Part shown: positions 26,480-38,296 of the stretch, one piece after another
Layout: every line of letters begins with the position of its first letter
Numbering within the stretch: the stretch's first letter is position 1
NCBI GenBank assembly: GCA_051294375.1
Contig: CM119267.1
Location: 19,380,709-19,444,708 of the forward strand
Origin: Paraspadella gotoi
Lineage: Eukaryota > Animalia > Chaetognatha
Length of the DNA: 64,000 nt
Direction: 5' to 3'
The notes under the pieces: model-generated
What the model was told of the DNA's origin: nothing
What the model saw: only the letters and a program-made list of their open reading frames with translations
Databases searched by the model: none
Position numbers and translations under genes: made by a program

Positions 26480-29037
26480 CTGTAAAGGTGAGGAAAAAAT
26501 GCGGGGGGGGGGCGAAAGGGAATCGGGTGACATACTCGTTGAAACTTAAACCGCTATGTTTAACAAAATGTTCACCGAACAAAACATTTGTCGGCGAAGA
26601 AATGTTTGGTAATACCGACGCTGCTAACTCGCACTCATTTGACGGGATCGTGTCTGTCTCGATTCTTCCGAATTGTCAATTATGGATACATAATAACATA
26701 TTCCTCGAACTAATAAATATAGTCCGTAACAATGAGCGTCATTGATCGGCCTCGAACACGCATCGCTCGGAGGGAAAGATAACAGGTCTTCCTGCTACGC
26801 CAGGTTTTTCTCCAAACTTGGATGAAAATCTGATTTGGAAATAACCAAGGTTGAGATTGAGAAGTTTCCGCTTCCGATCCTCACGCGAATCCACTACCAT
26901 GCCTCCATGTCTCCATGACTCCCATGCACACCATCGAACATCGTCTCTAAACACTTTCGATTTTTTTTTCCTTTCCCTCAAAATAATTAATCCCGTTTTC
27001 CCGCCATTTTCTCGCTTCTTTTTTTTTTTAAAATTTTAACCTTGGCAACGACCAAATCGTTGCGTGACAAGCGTGACAGATAGCGTGACAACTTCCAGTT
27101 GTCAAAGCGCCTAAAGGCCGTTAATGGCGCAGGGAAAAGCTTTGCACGAGCTTCAAGATTGATTGGTTTCGATTTTTGATTGTAAATAAAATTTGATTGT
27201 TTAAGTAGAAACTCTCTTTTATAAATGCTATTGGTTTACATTAGGAGATTTCAAGTAAAAACAAAGTTCAATATATCGTTTTGATATGAGTTTTAATAAT
27301 CAGGAATGGAAACAAGTCATAGCAGAACCAAATCAGAGGCTGATTACAGCTAAACAAATCAATCAATAAGATAGCAGTCATAACAAAAGAAAATAACCGT
27401 TAAGGAACATCTGTGTGTGAAGAAAGGTTTTAACAAAGAATTCTTTGTTTACTACAAGTATTGTCTTTTGTTGTTCACTTATCCTCTTGATTGCCGCAAC
27501 CTCCCCTGTTAAAATAATGATAACATATCATGAAAACCATAATTATGATTTAGTGCAATATGATAAAGTTGTATGTGTTCACTGTTCTAAGAGTTAATGT
27601 TAATGAGCGGTTATGTTATTTCGTAATGACAAAAACAAAAAAGAAATTAATATCGAGGTAGACGGTTTCAAACAAAAAAGAGAAAAAAGATTAATATCGA
27701 GGTAGACGGTTTCACCTATAATCGTAATATTTCGAAATAATTCAAAATTTGAAAAAATGCAACATTTATATATCTACTATAACAATGAGAAAGACCGGGG
27801 TTTGTCAGCAAGCTGAAGTGTTGTTTGCGGAATTTTTCGTCTTAACATTCTCTTGTACCTGCTGCGGTAAAAACGGGCGTTCTTGAGTCTGAGGATGAAG
27901 TTGATACTTTCTCCCGCGGATTGATCTCGGGAAAACACGTATCCACGTTTTGGCCAGAGTTGTTGTTGTTGTGATTTTCGCTTTGTTCGATTGTATGAAA
28001 TGCTGGAGCGGGAGAACGAAGGGGAGATGAGGAAGACTAGAAAAAAGACGGACGGGTATGAGGGTGAGGGGAAGGGTGAGGTTTCAATTTTGGGGTGGTG
28101 GGGAAAGTGGGTTGAAGGAAGGAGGAGGTAGGTGGAGGAGGAGAGGAGGAAAGAGGGGGTTGACTAAAAGCAGCGCGTCGATTGGGGTTGATTCGCGTTA
28201 TCCGCGTCGTTGAGCGCGCGGCACGCAAAGGTCGGTAGGTTTGTGTCGACCGTTAGNNNNNNNNNNNNNNNNNNNNNNNNNNNNNNNNNNNNNNNNNNNN
28301 NNNNNNNNNNNNNNNNNNNNNNNNNNNNNNNNNNNNNNNNNNNNNNNNNNNNGTTGTTTCTGTTACGCGATGTGTGAAGAATATTTTTTTTTATTCTTTT
28401 CGCATTAAGCGGAGAGAGAGTGAGAATGATTGCAGCTCGCAATGCTTCGCCACGAAGCCACGCGTTCGACCATCGACCGCGAATCAACTGACTCTCAAGG
28501 CTGCACGCCTTATATCCTCTCGAAAATTGGAATTTAATGGAGAGAAATTAATCAAACCGCGTAAAATTAAAACTTAAAAAAAATTTTTCTCGTATTACGT
28601 AGACAAAATCTATGGTCGGGTTTATTAAAATTTTTTTTTTTTTATTGTCATCCAAGCAAAACTACAGTTTCCGACGTACGATCATTAAAGGAAAACTCCA
28701 ACCGCCCGTTGACGGAATCAAACCGCCAAACGTAAACAAATGGTCCTTTTATTTATTTTTATTAAGGGCTTCATCATGAAAGCCAATGGAAATGATCCGT
28801 TTCTAACGAATTTGGAGAAAGTCTCCCATTGGCTGGATTCACGAACGACATAATTTTACTTTTGCTTTTTAATCTTTTAGAAAAGCAAATGTGGCGTCAT
28901 TTCTGAATCTTCTCATTAACGCATAGCTTTCGTCTGGTTTTAAAATTATATTATTTCTTCCGAGGCCAAGGCTGACGCGGAAAACTGTGAGGTGTCTTTG
29001 CTCTCTATCTGTCTCTCTCTCTCTCTCTCTCTCTCTC

Positions 29038-29114
29038 AAAAAAACAAAAAAGACCCACAAAAACAAGAAACCAAAAAAAAAAAAAAAACAAAAAAAAAAA
29101 AAAAAAAAAAAAAC

Positions 29115-29164
<50 letters not shown>

Positions 29165-29210
29165 AAAAAAAAAAAAAAAAAAAAAAACAAACAAAAAAAA
29201 CAAAAAACAA
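29038..29210. repeat. ~170-bp interrupted poly(A) (poly-U in the iGluR pre-mRNA)
   Basis: Directly visible. Confidence 0.9.
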
Positions 29211-29684
29211 ATTTGTCTCTATTTTTTGAATTCACCCTGACATTTGTTAATAGTTTTTACATTGTATTAATGTAACTTAATCCAAATTGTGATCTCTGTT
29301 AGGCTGGATTGAACGATTGAAAACGTTTGGGAAAACAAATGTAACAGAGAATTTAATGTGAATGATGCCCTTTTAGTCGACATTTCTGTACTGCTTACAG
29401 AAGTCTAGTATGCATGTATTTTGTAAAACGAAAACAAAGAGCTCTTAGACGTACTAGTTGCTGTCCAGGGTCATTGTTTACTGTTTCACTTATTCAATTC
29501 ATTCTCTTCTCTCTCTCTCCTCTCTCTTCTTCTTCTCTCTCTCTCTTCTCTCTCTCTCTCTTCTCTCCATCTTTTATGTTAACATTTCCCTTTCCTTTAT
29601 TACGCCGGAACGGGCAACGCCACCTCACTTTGACTCGCTCCACTACAAGTCTATCCTTTTATAAACCCGACCTTTTTTACTCAC

Positions 29685-29846
29685 TCTTGAGACTGAAAAG
29701 GTAAGGGCCGAACACCCCGTCGTAGTTGTCCTCAATTACGGCCAGCTTGAACTTGGCCGAGGTGGAGTTGACGAAGGAGTTGAAGCGGATGACGCCGTAC
29801 TTGAAGGCCGTCGCGATCTGCTGATCTCGCGACTCCGTGATCAGGC
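29685..29846 (-). CDS. iGluR exon 2B (ATD, alternative version B; paralogous to 2A)
   Basis: AAG acceptor, GTGAGT donor, 162 nt, phase 1-1, no stops, GC3-rich codons. Encodes GLITESRDQQIATAFKYGVIRFNSFVNSTSAKFKLAVIEDNYDGVFGPYLFSLK and shares the AF.Y...R.N and FKL motifs with 2A. Confidence 0.8.
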
Positions 29847-31667
29847 CTTCGCGGGTGAAACCGGATCCAGCGTGTCGTCGAGGGCAAGCGATGAACAGAT
29901 GGTCGGCAGTATTTTTTTATTTATTTATATTTTCCAAATTGAATTATTATTTTGTTAAACTGACGATTTGTTATTTCATTAAATTCGATCGGGAGTAACA
30001 AGATCTATGCTTCGTGATTTTTCTTCGATTCGGCGGGTGGAATTAATAATTGATAATGAATTAATGACGTATTCACGAATTAATTAAGCGTGCACGGTGC
30101 GCGTTGTGCGATGTGAATGAAAAAAAAATAAATGAACGATTTTACCTTCTCGGTCGTCCACTTTTTTTCCATTATCTTTCTATGTCGTCAACCTATTTGT
30201 TGGTTTGTTATTTTGTCTTTTTGATTTCTTGAATTGATTACCTTGCATATAGAACTTAAATCATACAAACTCTTTTTCCTAGTAATTTTTATTTTCTCTT
30301 CGTTATTCATTCCTTCCTTTCCTTCCTCTCTTCTAAAAAGAGAGAGAATTGTGTTTGAAATCGTCGATTCATAAAAGGAGTGATTCTACGGTGAAGTAAG
30401 AATTCACGACGATGTCACAAAATTTGTGTTGTTTATGGGAAACAAAAAGAATCCGCCTGCTTTATTTATTACTAAATTAATCTCCCGGAAAACAAAAATC
30501 TCTCAACAAATCGAGCGCCTCTCCGGCCTAAAACGAAAAAAAAAACGATCGACAAACTTAACAAACGACTACCGGTCGCGACTGAAACACGGGAAGAGAG
30601 AGAGAGAAAGAGAAGAGACGAGAGAGAGAAGAGAGAGAGAGAGGAGAGAGAGGAAAGACGAGAGAGAGAGAAGAGAGAGAGAATTTTGAAACTTGGACGA
30701 ATCTGGTAACGAGTTCCGGAGAAGAAGGAGGAAGATCCCAATACAAACCCGACAAACGCTAAAACCATATGACCTCAGTGGGCAAAGTTACTGGGGGTAG
30801 GAGGGGGAGGGAAAGGAAGGGAAGAGGGAGTGGGGAGAAGGAGAAGAGGGGGAGGAGAGGGAGTAGGCGGAGGATGGAGGAGAGGAAAGGGATAGGACAG
30901 AAGAGAAAGAGATAAGGAGAGGAGAGGAGAATGATTTGAGAGCCAGAAGAGAGAAAGAGGAAGAGAGAGTAGAGAGAAGAGAAGAGAGAAGAAAGAGAGA
31001 GATAGAAGAGGAGAGAGCGTGGGATGGCTACCGTACCAAAAAAACCTCGCTTGAACTCGGACGAAGAAAAAAAAAAGGAGGAAAAGAAAAGAGGAATGGG
31101 GGGAAGGCGGGGNNNNNNNNNNNNNNNNNNNNNNNNNNNNNNNNNNNNNNNNNNNNNNNNNNNNNNNNNNNNNNNNNNNNNNNNNNNNNNNNNNNNNNNN
31201 NNNNNNNNNNNNNNNNNNNNNNNNNNNNNNNNNNNNNNNNNNNNNNNNNNNNNNNNNNNNNNNNNNNNNNNNNNNNNNNNNNNNNNNNNNNNNNNNNNNN
31301 NNNNNNNNNNNNNNNNNNNNNNNNNNNNNNNNNNNNNNNNNNNNNNNNNNNNNNNNNNNNNNNNNNNNNNNNNNNNNNNNNNNNNNNNNNNNNNNNNNNN
31401 NNNNNNNNNNNNNNNNNNNNNNNNNNNNNNNNNNNNNNNNNNNNNNNNNNNNNNGTGTTGTTGTTGTTGTTGTTTGTCTTACATTTCTGCTTTTTTATCG
31501 TATTTTTTTGTTTTTTTTTTCTTTTGAAATCGTTCGATTTAAAAGGAGTTGATTTACGGTGAAGTAAGTGAATGTACGATGTCACAAATTTTTGTGGGTG
31601 TTTAGAGGGATGTGCACGTTTAAAAAAAAACAAACAAAACAAACAAAACAATGCCTGTTTTACTCAC

Positions 31668-31823
31668 GCGAGTGGGAGTACTGAAAGGAGTCGATAGCAT
31701 CGGCGGCGAGACCGCTCAGTTTGAATCGATTGAAACCCAATTTGGAGTCGTTCGTGTTGTGGCGCATGATGGCGTACTGAAAGGCGGACTTGGCCTCGGA
31801 ATTCCCGTCCAGATAGATGGAGC
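31668..31823 (-). CDS. iGluR exon 2A (ATD, alternative version A)
   Basis: CAG acceptor with a CTAAC branch-like motif, GTGAGT donor, 156 nt, phase 1-1. Encodes GSIYLDGNSEAKSAFQYAIMRHNTNDSKLGFNRFKLSGLAADAIDSFQYSHS, which aligns with GluA 'GGLF..EYSAFRVGM..FRL...NSFAVTNA'. Confidence 0.88.
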
Positions 31824-32402
31824 CTGATTCGGGGTTAAGGTTAGACGGCGGCCACGCCCACTCACCGTTCTCCATGCCCCCCCCTTCCCCGTCGCTCCGA
31901 TTGAATGGGGGGGCGGGGGGTGGAGAAACGGAAGTGTGCTGGGGTCGGACGAAAGACTGAAAGCGTGAAGGACTGCGTGTGTGTGATTTTTTTTTAGCGA
32001 GTTGGGACAAGTTCACTGAAGTTAAATTGCATATATATATATATATATGTCACATTTTCAGAACACGCTCAGAGTTTTGAATTATGATTAATTGATATTA
32101 AGTTACGAAATACATGCGTTTTTATGGCGTTATCGTTTTAAGTAAAAGCACATATTGAAACGACTCGTTTTACATTTTTCTTCTCATGCGAAATTAGTCA
32201 ATAGTCTTTTTTGTTTTAAACAAAGAATAGGTAACCCGTTACAATCCATTGGTTTTTAAAATGCTAAAGAAATATTCACAGTTAATTCGTTTAAATAAAA
32301 TTTCGGTTCAAATAATATTTAATTTAACAAGGAATTCCTTTTCACAGCAAATTTGGAGTTCGCTTCATCGACTCTCGACTCGAGGCAAAGGCGGCGACTC
32401 AC

Positions 32403-32490
32403 CGATAGGAATGCTTTCCGGCGCGGCGGCGTTGGAATCCGGACAGACGAGAAAAATCGTGCCCAACAAGACCAGCGCCGCTTTGGTCAT
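32403..32490 (-). CDS. AMPA-type ionotropic glutamate receptor, coding exon 1 (signal peptide)
   Basis: ATG at 32490 gives MTKAALVLLGTIFLVCPDSNAAAPESIPI+G, then a G|GTGAGT donor (phase 1). It has a hydrophobic signal peptide followed by the 'SIPIG' first strand typical of iGluR ATDs (GluA2 'SIQIG'). Confidence 0.9.
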
Positions 32491-33250
32491 CGTCGCTGAC
32501 TGACCCGCCTGGGAGCGCCGCGCCGTCGACGGTCGCCCGGCGCCGCAAAATGGGATCCGCGCCTTTTGACTCGACGCGGAGGAGTTTGTCGGCGACGCGG
32601 AGGCAAAATCTGGGTCTGCATCGGCGCCGGGAAGTTTTAGTCTCGACGACGACGACGACGACGACGAGGATGACGAAACGAACGGCGAAGTTGAAGGTCG
32701 TTCGTCGGTTCCTTTGAAAAGGCCCCGCGAGGGGTCTGGCGTCGACGACGATGACGACGACGACGAAAGACGTTCGTACGCCGTCGTCCCTTTCCCTAAT
32801 TCCTGACGTCCGTGTCTAAAAAAAGAAGGAAGAATTTCTTCGTTTCTTTCGTCGCCGTCGAAGTCCCTTTTGGATTTTTGGTCGGCGGGTGCGGCGCTGG
32901 CGTAGATCGATGATTCCAGGACGACGGCGCGGGGGGCGGCGTCGACGTAGGCGGCGCCTGTCATCTCGCAGCAGACGACGCAGCAGCGGCAGGAGCAATC
33001 TCTCTCGATCCGTTCTACCATCGCGGCGATCGAGCGGCGCTGCGGCGGATGAAGAGGCGGCTCTGCGGCGGCGGCGGCAGAGACCGGGGAGCGGCGATTC
33101 GAGTCGGCGGTCGGTGGCCGACGATCGGGCGGCGGAAGAGGCGGTCGACGTCTCTCGAGTTCTCTGTCGCCGCGTCGACGGGCGCGCGGAGAAGGGGGCG
33201 CTGCGAAACGCCCTGGTGGAGGGCAGATTTGGCGGCCGTGTCGGCTTTAT
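32491..33250 (-). promoter_or_regulatory. GC/CpG-rich 5' leader / promoter region of the iGluR gene
   Basis: Sharp GC-rich island directly upstream of the signal-peptide ATG, flanked by AT-rich intron and AG microsatellite. Confidence 0.55.
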
Positions 33251-33738
33251 TTAGCCTTTGATTGAATTTGAGGTTTCGTTTTGTTTGTTTGTTTTTTTTG
33301 GGCGAAGGAGCGAGAGACGTAGAGCGATGCTGGTATTAGGGGGAAAGAGAGAGAGAGAGAGAAAGAGAAGAGAGAGAGAGAGAAGAGAGAGAGAGGAGGA
33401 AGAAGAGAAGAGAGAAGACGAGAGAGAGAAGAAGAGAGAGAGAGAGAGAGAATAAAAAATAAGGATAACGTCGTAAAACTAAGAGAGAAGACTGAGAAAA
33501 TATTATTTCCATTAGGAATGACCTTTATCCATAAAGAGCTTGGCTGAAGGAAAATAGGATTTGTACTGGACGTGGGGAAGACGGAAGGGAAGGGGCTTTG
33601 ACTTAGGGGGGAGGGAGAGGCGGGAAATGGCCGATCGGGCACGGCTGTTACGGGCCTTGAGTCGCCGGTCGGGATAAGGATCGCCATCGCGCGTGGCTTT
33701 CAACTATTCGAATNNNNNNNNNNNNNNNNNNNNNNNNN

Positions 33739-36700
33739 GTCTGTGAGCTTGTAATAGGCCTCCGGTTCCTAGCCGTCGCATTCTATCAGATGATGCTGCT
33801 AACCCATTCCGTAACTTTGACCCTATATCCTCGCGTATACACCTGGTGCTCCGTACCTTACCAGAGATTAGGCAACACTTTCCGTAAACTATAGCTTGCG
33901 CGTCACCAAACTCGCGTCCTTCCTTTCCTGCACGTCACTGCTTGACAATTCCCCTATCCGCGTTATGGATCTGGAGTCGCGGTGTCCGTGTCAGTAATGC
34001 ATTCACGCCCACCATGCATTTGCGTCAGGTAGAGAAACACAACCCCGACCTTCCTATGCCATCCCATTCGCCCCAAGCCATCACCGCCTCTCGTCACTTT
34101 CATAAGTCGCCCCCGACACAGGTACTCACATGATCGCAGCCGCGTACCATACCCTTCCCTCGCATCAAACAGCCGTACTACCATCTCCTTCCTTTCACGC
34201 AGATACAACACTTTCTACTACGAGTTCAACCCACGCATACACGACCTAATTCCCCGCGCAACCGTTTGAACGGTAGCATCGGCCGTATCAGCGCTCGTAC
34301 TACAGTATCAACGTAGCCACTGCCTCAAACCTGCGCTTGTACTCTACTGCCTAGACCGCCTATTCGTACGGAACACCGAGGAGGAGCACGCCACGTCGCT
34401 CCCGTAGACAACCGAAAGTACGTGCTATAACGTAGCGCCTACAACAATCCACCTTAAGTCTCATCTGGTTCTCTGTAACCGACCTCCATAATGTATTGTA
34501 CTTATTTGCCCGACTGTGTCACTGACCAATCACCACCTCGATCATAAGCAACAACCTCAACAGGGGCACTCCGCAGCGCCTTGTCTCTTCATATGCTTCT
34601 TCTATCCAAGAGTGGGAACAGGCGTACCTTCTCACCCGAATGATCATGACCCTTCTATCCTGCTGCCGACTACAGCACTATCACATATAAAGATTAGACC
34701 GTAGCTTTGTGTCTTCGCTGCACGCAGTCGCTTCTCCGATGGTATCTTCCTTCGCCTCTCCACTATCTCCACCTGAAGTTCTACCCGCAATATCACACAC
34801 CACCCATCCACCCGCTGCCCTCCTCCGTCTACGTGCCGCTGGCTGCCTCCTTCTGTTTTGGTCACCAGCCGCTCTCCCTGCCCACGCTCAGGATTAACGC
34901 CTGCACCCCTTTACTCCCGCACTGGCGGCTTAACAAACCCAACTAGTCGCCACCGTCTATTTCACCCCTAGCACACTATGCGACATACCCTCATCGTGGC
35001 TCACCCCGGTTATTCGTCACGCGTCCATGTAAGCTCGTCATAGTGTAAGAGATACTTGCGTCTGACACGAAGACCACTTCAATCTGAGGCGCGACACTCC
35101 CACACTATAATACCGTTTCCCACTACGCTCCGACCCTTGCAAATCTCCACGACCTTCTTCAATCCCGCAGTACCACCCTGATCTAGGACGCTATAACACC
35201 AAGCTCGAGCTAGCCCTATATTCAACGCTGTACACTACTAATATCAGCAAAACGTATGCTGCCTCAGCTAGCACTGTCCTACACTCCGCAGCCATGTTAA
35301 AGCGCCACACACGAAATGCAGCGCCCTGCGCATACTTCGGCAACCCTAACACCCACTGGGTCCGTTGGCTGGAGCTAATCACCACTGTGCTCACTCTGTC
35401 ATTTGGTATGAAACCTTCTGGCTCTCTATACGTGTGGCGCATATGACTGCCCTGAGCACAACGCATGACACAGGGCACCCTTGCGTCGTTGCTGCACAAT
35501 AGCGGCCACAATTAGCGAGCTTGGTAGGCAAATCATCGTGTTAAACGATGTGACACATCCCAGATAAGATCCTTCCGTCCCGCCCTAGCCATGTACCGGT
35601 CTACGACCCCATTGACTAACGAGCAACTCTCCACGATACACGATTACGTCACACGGGTCCCCAAAGCGGCCATGACTGAGAGAAGTCTTAAAGATCCAAC
35701 CCGACTCGTGATAACACAAGTTCAAGTTCCCCGAAGACAGTATTCAAGCATCACGTACAGCCTTCGGCCAAAGTCATTGCGCCTTACCCTGAGGTACACG
35801 TAAGGACGCATGCCGATGACAAGATCCAACATCAAGCTCCTCCTTGGCAACCACTTCCTTTTCCCAATTCCTCCTAGAACCGCAACTACCGGTCTCATTC
35901 CTGAGCCTCCACCATTTACGATAAGGCCACAGTGCGAGACTCTGTCCTACGGATGCTGCTCACCCCTAGTGAATACCTAGAATACTCCGGCTCTGAAAGA
36001 TGCGCCGCGTCCTACAGCATTATCACGGCTGCAAAACTTACTCCCTTGAATATTAAAGCTCCACTTCAGTCTCTCCATCGTTTTACTAGCCTCGCGCTAA
36101 TGATAACTTTACATCGATGCAACGGACATACCTATCCTGTCAGCCCCGACCTCCCTCCTCTCCGACCCGTCCCACTTCAACGAGAATCCTCCTCTTCCAT
36201 CCTACCCATTCAACATACTACTCTATCTAGCATGTAACAGCAAGATGAAAAAACCACGCGATGCCCAATGATCCCTTCTCATGCGATCGACTTGTGCGAG
36301 CATACGCCTATCAACATCTTCCCGAGTTCCTACAGCACCGCAGCCCTAACACCGACCACAATTATTACGATGTCACCTGTCACCAAAAGTAACCATACAT
36401 TTTTACCCCATCACAAACCCATCATGAGCCTTCCAAATGGAATCTAGCTCTGATTCCTGCCTAACAGCGCAAAGCGAATAAGATTTCGACGCTATAACTT
36501 TCATCTCGCAGCTGACCGACTTAGTTAGAAACTAAATGAAGCGCTTCTTCAGTACTTTCAATATACATAGTTAACAACTCTGCCAGGTTAACTAACTTGT
36601 GTATGTACATAAGAAAACCTTCAAATCTGTCCCAATGAACATCCGTTTATTAGTCCTTTATTATCCTACATCCGCCAGATCCTATACAACAAGACACTCT

Positions 36701-38256
36701 ATCACGTCCCATCCCGCCTCATTCTAGCGCTCTCATCTGGTAATTCATTTCCAGCACCCTAATCTATCACGATCACAATCATTCATACTACAAAGCAACA
36801 TAATGAGTCCACTCTTCTGAGCTGAAATTTTATTTAAAGTAAAGAGATGAGAGAGGAGCATAACCTAGTCCCGACATATCTATATCTAAGAAGTTCTTAG
36901 TCTAAATATCTTCATCGAGGGAGGTCCAGCATTCGGGGCACAAAATATCCCTCTCGTCTATTGGTGCAGAAAACTTCTCCTCCAACAATTACAAAACCGG
37001 TCAAGATATTCCACACTAAAGTACTCTTTCGAATTTTCAATTTATTCCGCTTTTTATCAATTATGGAATTATTTTTCTTTTTTACGATACTTAATATTAC
37101 TACTTACGATTATATTCTCATGACTCACGCTCTTAAGCCCTACATAAAACTGATATTAATAAACAATGCACCTTCTTGGCTTTGTTCAGTACAGAGCGCT
37201 TTATCCAAACAGTGATTCCACATCGACTCTTTGTGTGACCTCATTTGGTTTCTTGTATACGCAGCGTCCTTCAGGATACATACCCGACGTCACGTCGTAA
37301 TATCCGTGTTTCAAGGAATAAAGAAGATACCCCTATCTGAGCTCTACGTCCTTCTAAGATATACAACACTCAGCAATATTGCCAAATAATTTTCCACTAT
37401 TCAGCAGAAAAGTCTATGAATACTATTTCTGTTCTCTGGCTTAATGCTATATTCCAATCGATAATGGATTGACTTGCACACCGAGAGAACAATAAAAAGT
37501 AGAATGACCTCAGACATGCTACCACAGCAGCAGTCAAGAGTAATAACAAAGTGGACTTTAACCATTCGATTACAATATATCACGCAAGAACTTATAGATA
37601 TATCAGTCACAGGAGCGCCGTCCTATATTAGTTTCTACGTTAAGATTTAGTCACGAACTATCTAAACGATGCACAATAAATCATTCCATTTGAATAAAGT
37701 TCTTCCTTGCTCTCAAGACATCGACGTAGCACTCCTTACACCAAATAAGACTAAGCACAAAAAATACCAATGTCATCAAAGACATGTCGCAGTTCAAGTG
37801 CACTGTTTTCTCCGATACAAAATTGGTCGAAATTTTATGTGACAATTCAGGTACTTGTTTTTCTGATGCAAGCTGTCACCTGGCTTTTTAAAATAAAAAT
37901 ACTAATGATTGAACTTACCTCAGAAAATATTGGCTTTGTTTGAAAAGTTTAATGTAATATTAATGACTCATCAGTTTCAAGGAAGAGCAACGAACCAGTC
38001 CAGTATTTGCTATAAACAGTTTTTAAACACAGAAACAAACCAACAGCAGCCGCCACCACCGCCGCCGCGCCGCCAACCGCCGACACTGGCGCCGCCGCCG
38101 CCACAGATGATGGCAGCCAAGCCCATCACCGCCGTTGTAGTCTTCACACGGAGCTTTATGAGGGAAAATCATGGGATTCAGCGCTGTGGGACCGTCGCTG
38201 TCTCTTTGGAGCCATTGAGTGAGGTCTTTGAATATTTAGTATACTTGTCACTCTCT

Positions 38257-38296
<40 letters not shown>

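Noticed and set aside
27647-27715. 25-bp direct repeat ATTAATATCGAGGTAGACGGTTTCA x2 (similar case at 56702-56778)
   Set aside because: Simple local tandem duplications with no further structure.
29038-29210. Poly(A) as tail of a retrocopy or SINE
   Set aside because: Directly preceded by a CT microsatellite; no element body or target-site duplication recognisable, and the homopolymer length may be unreliable.
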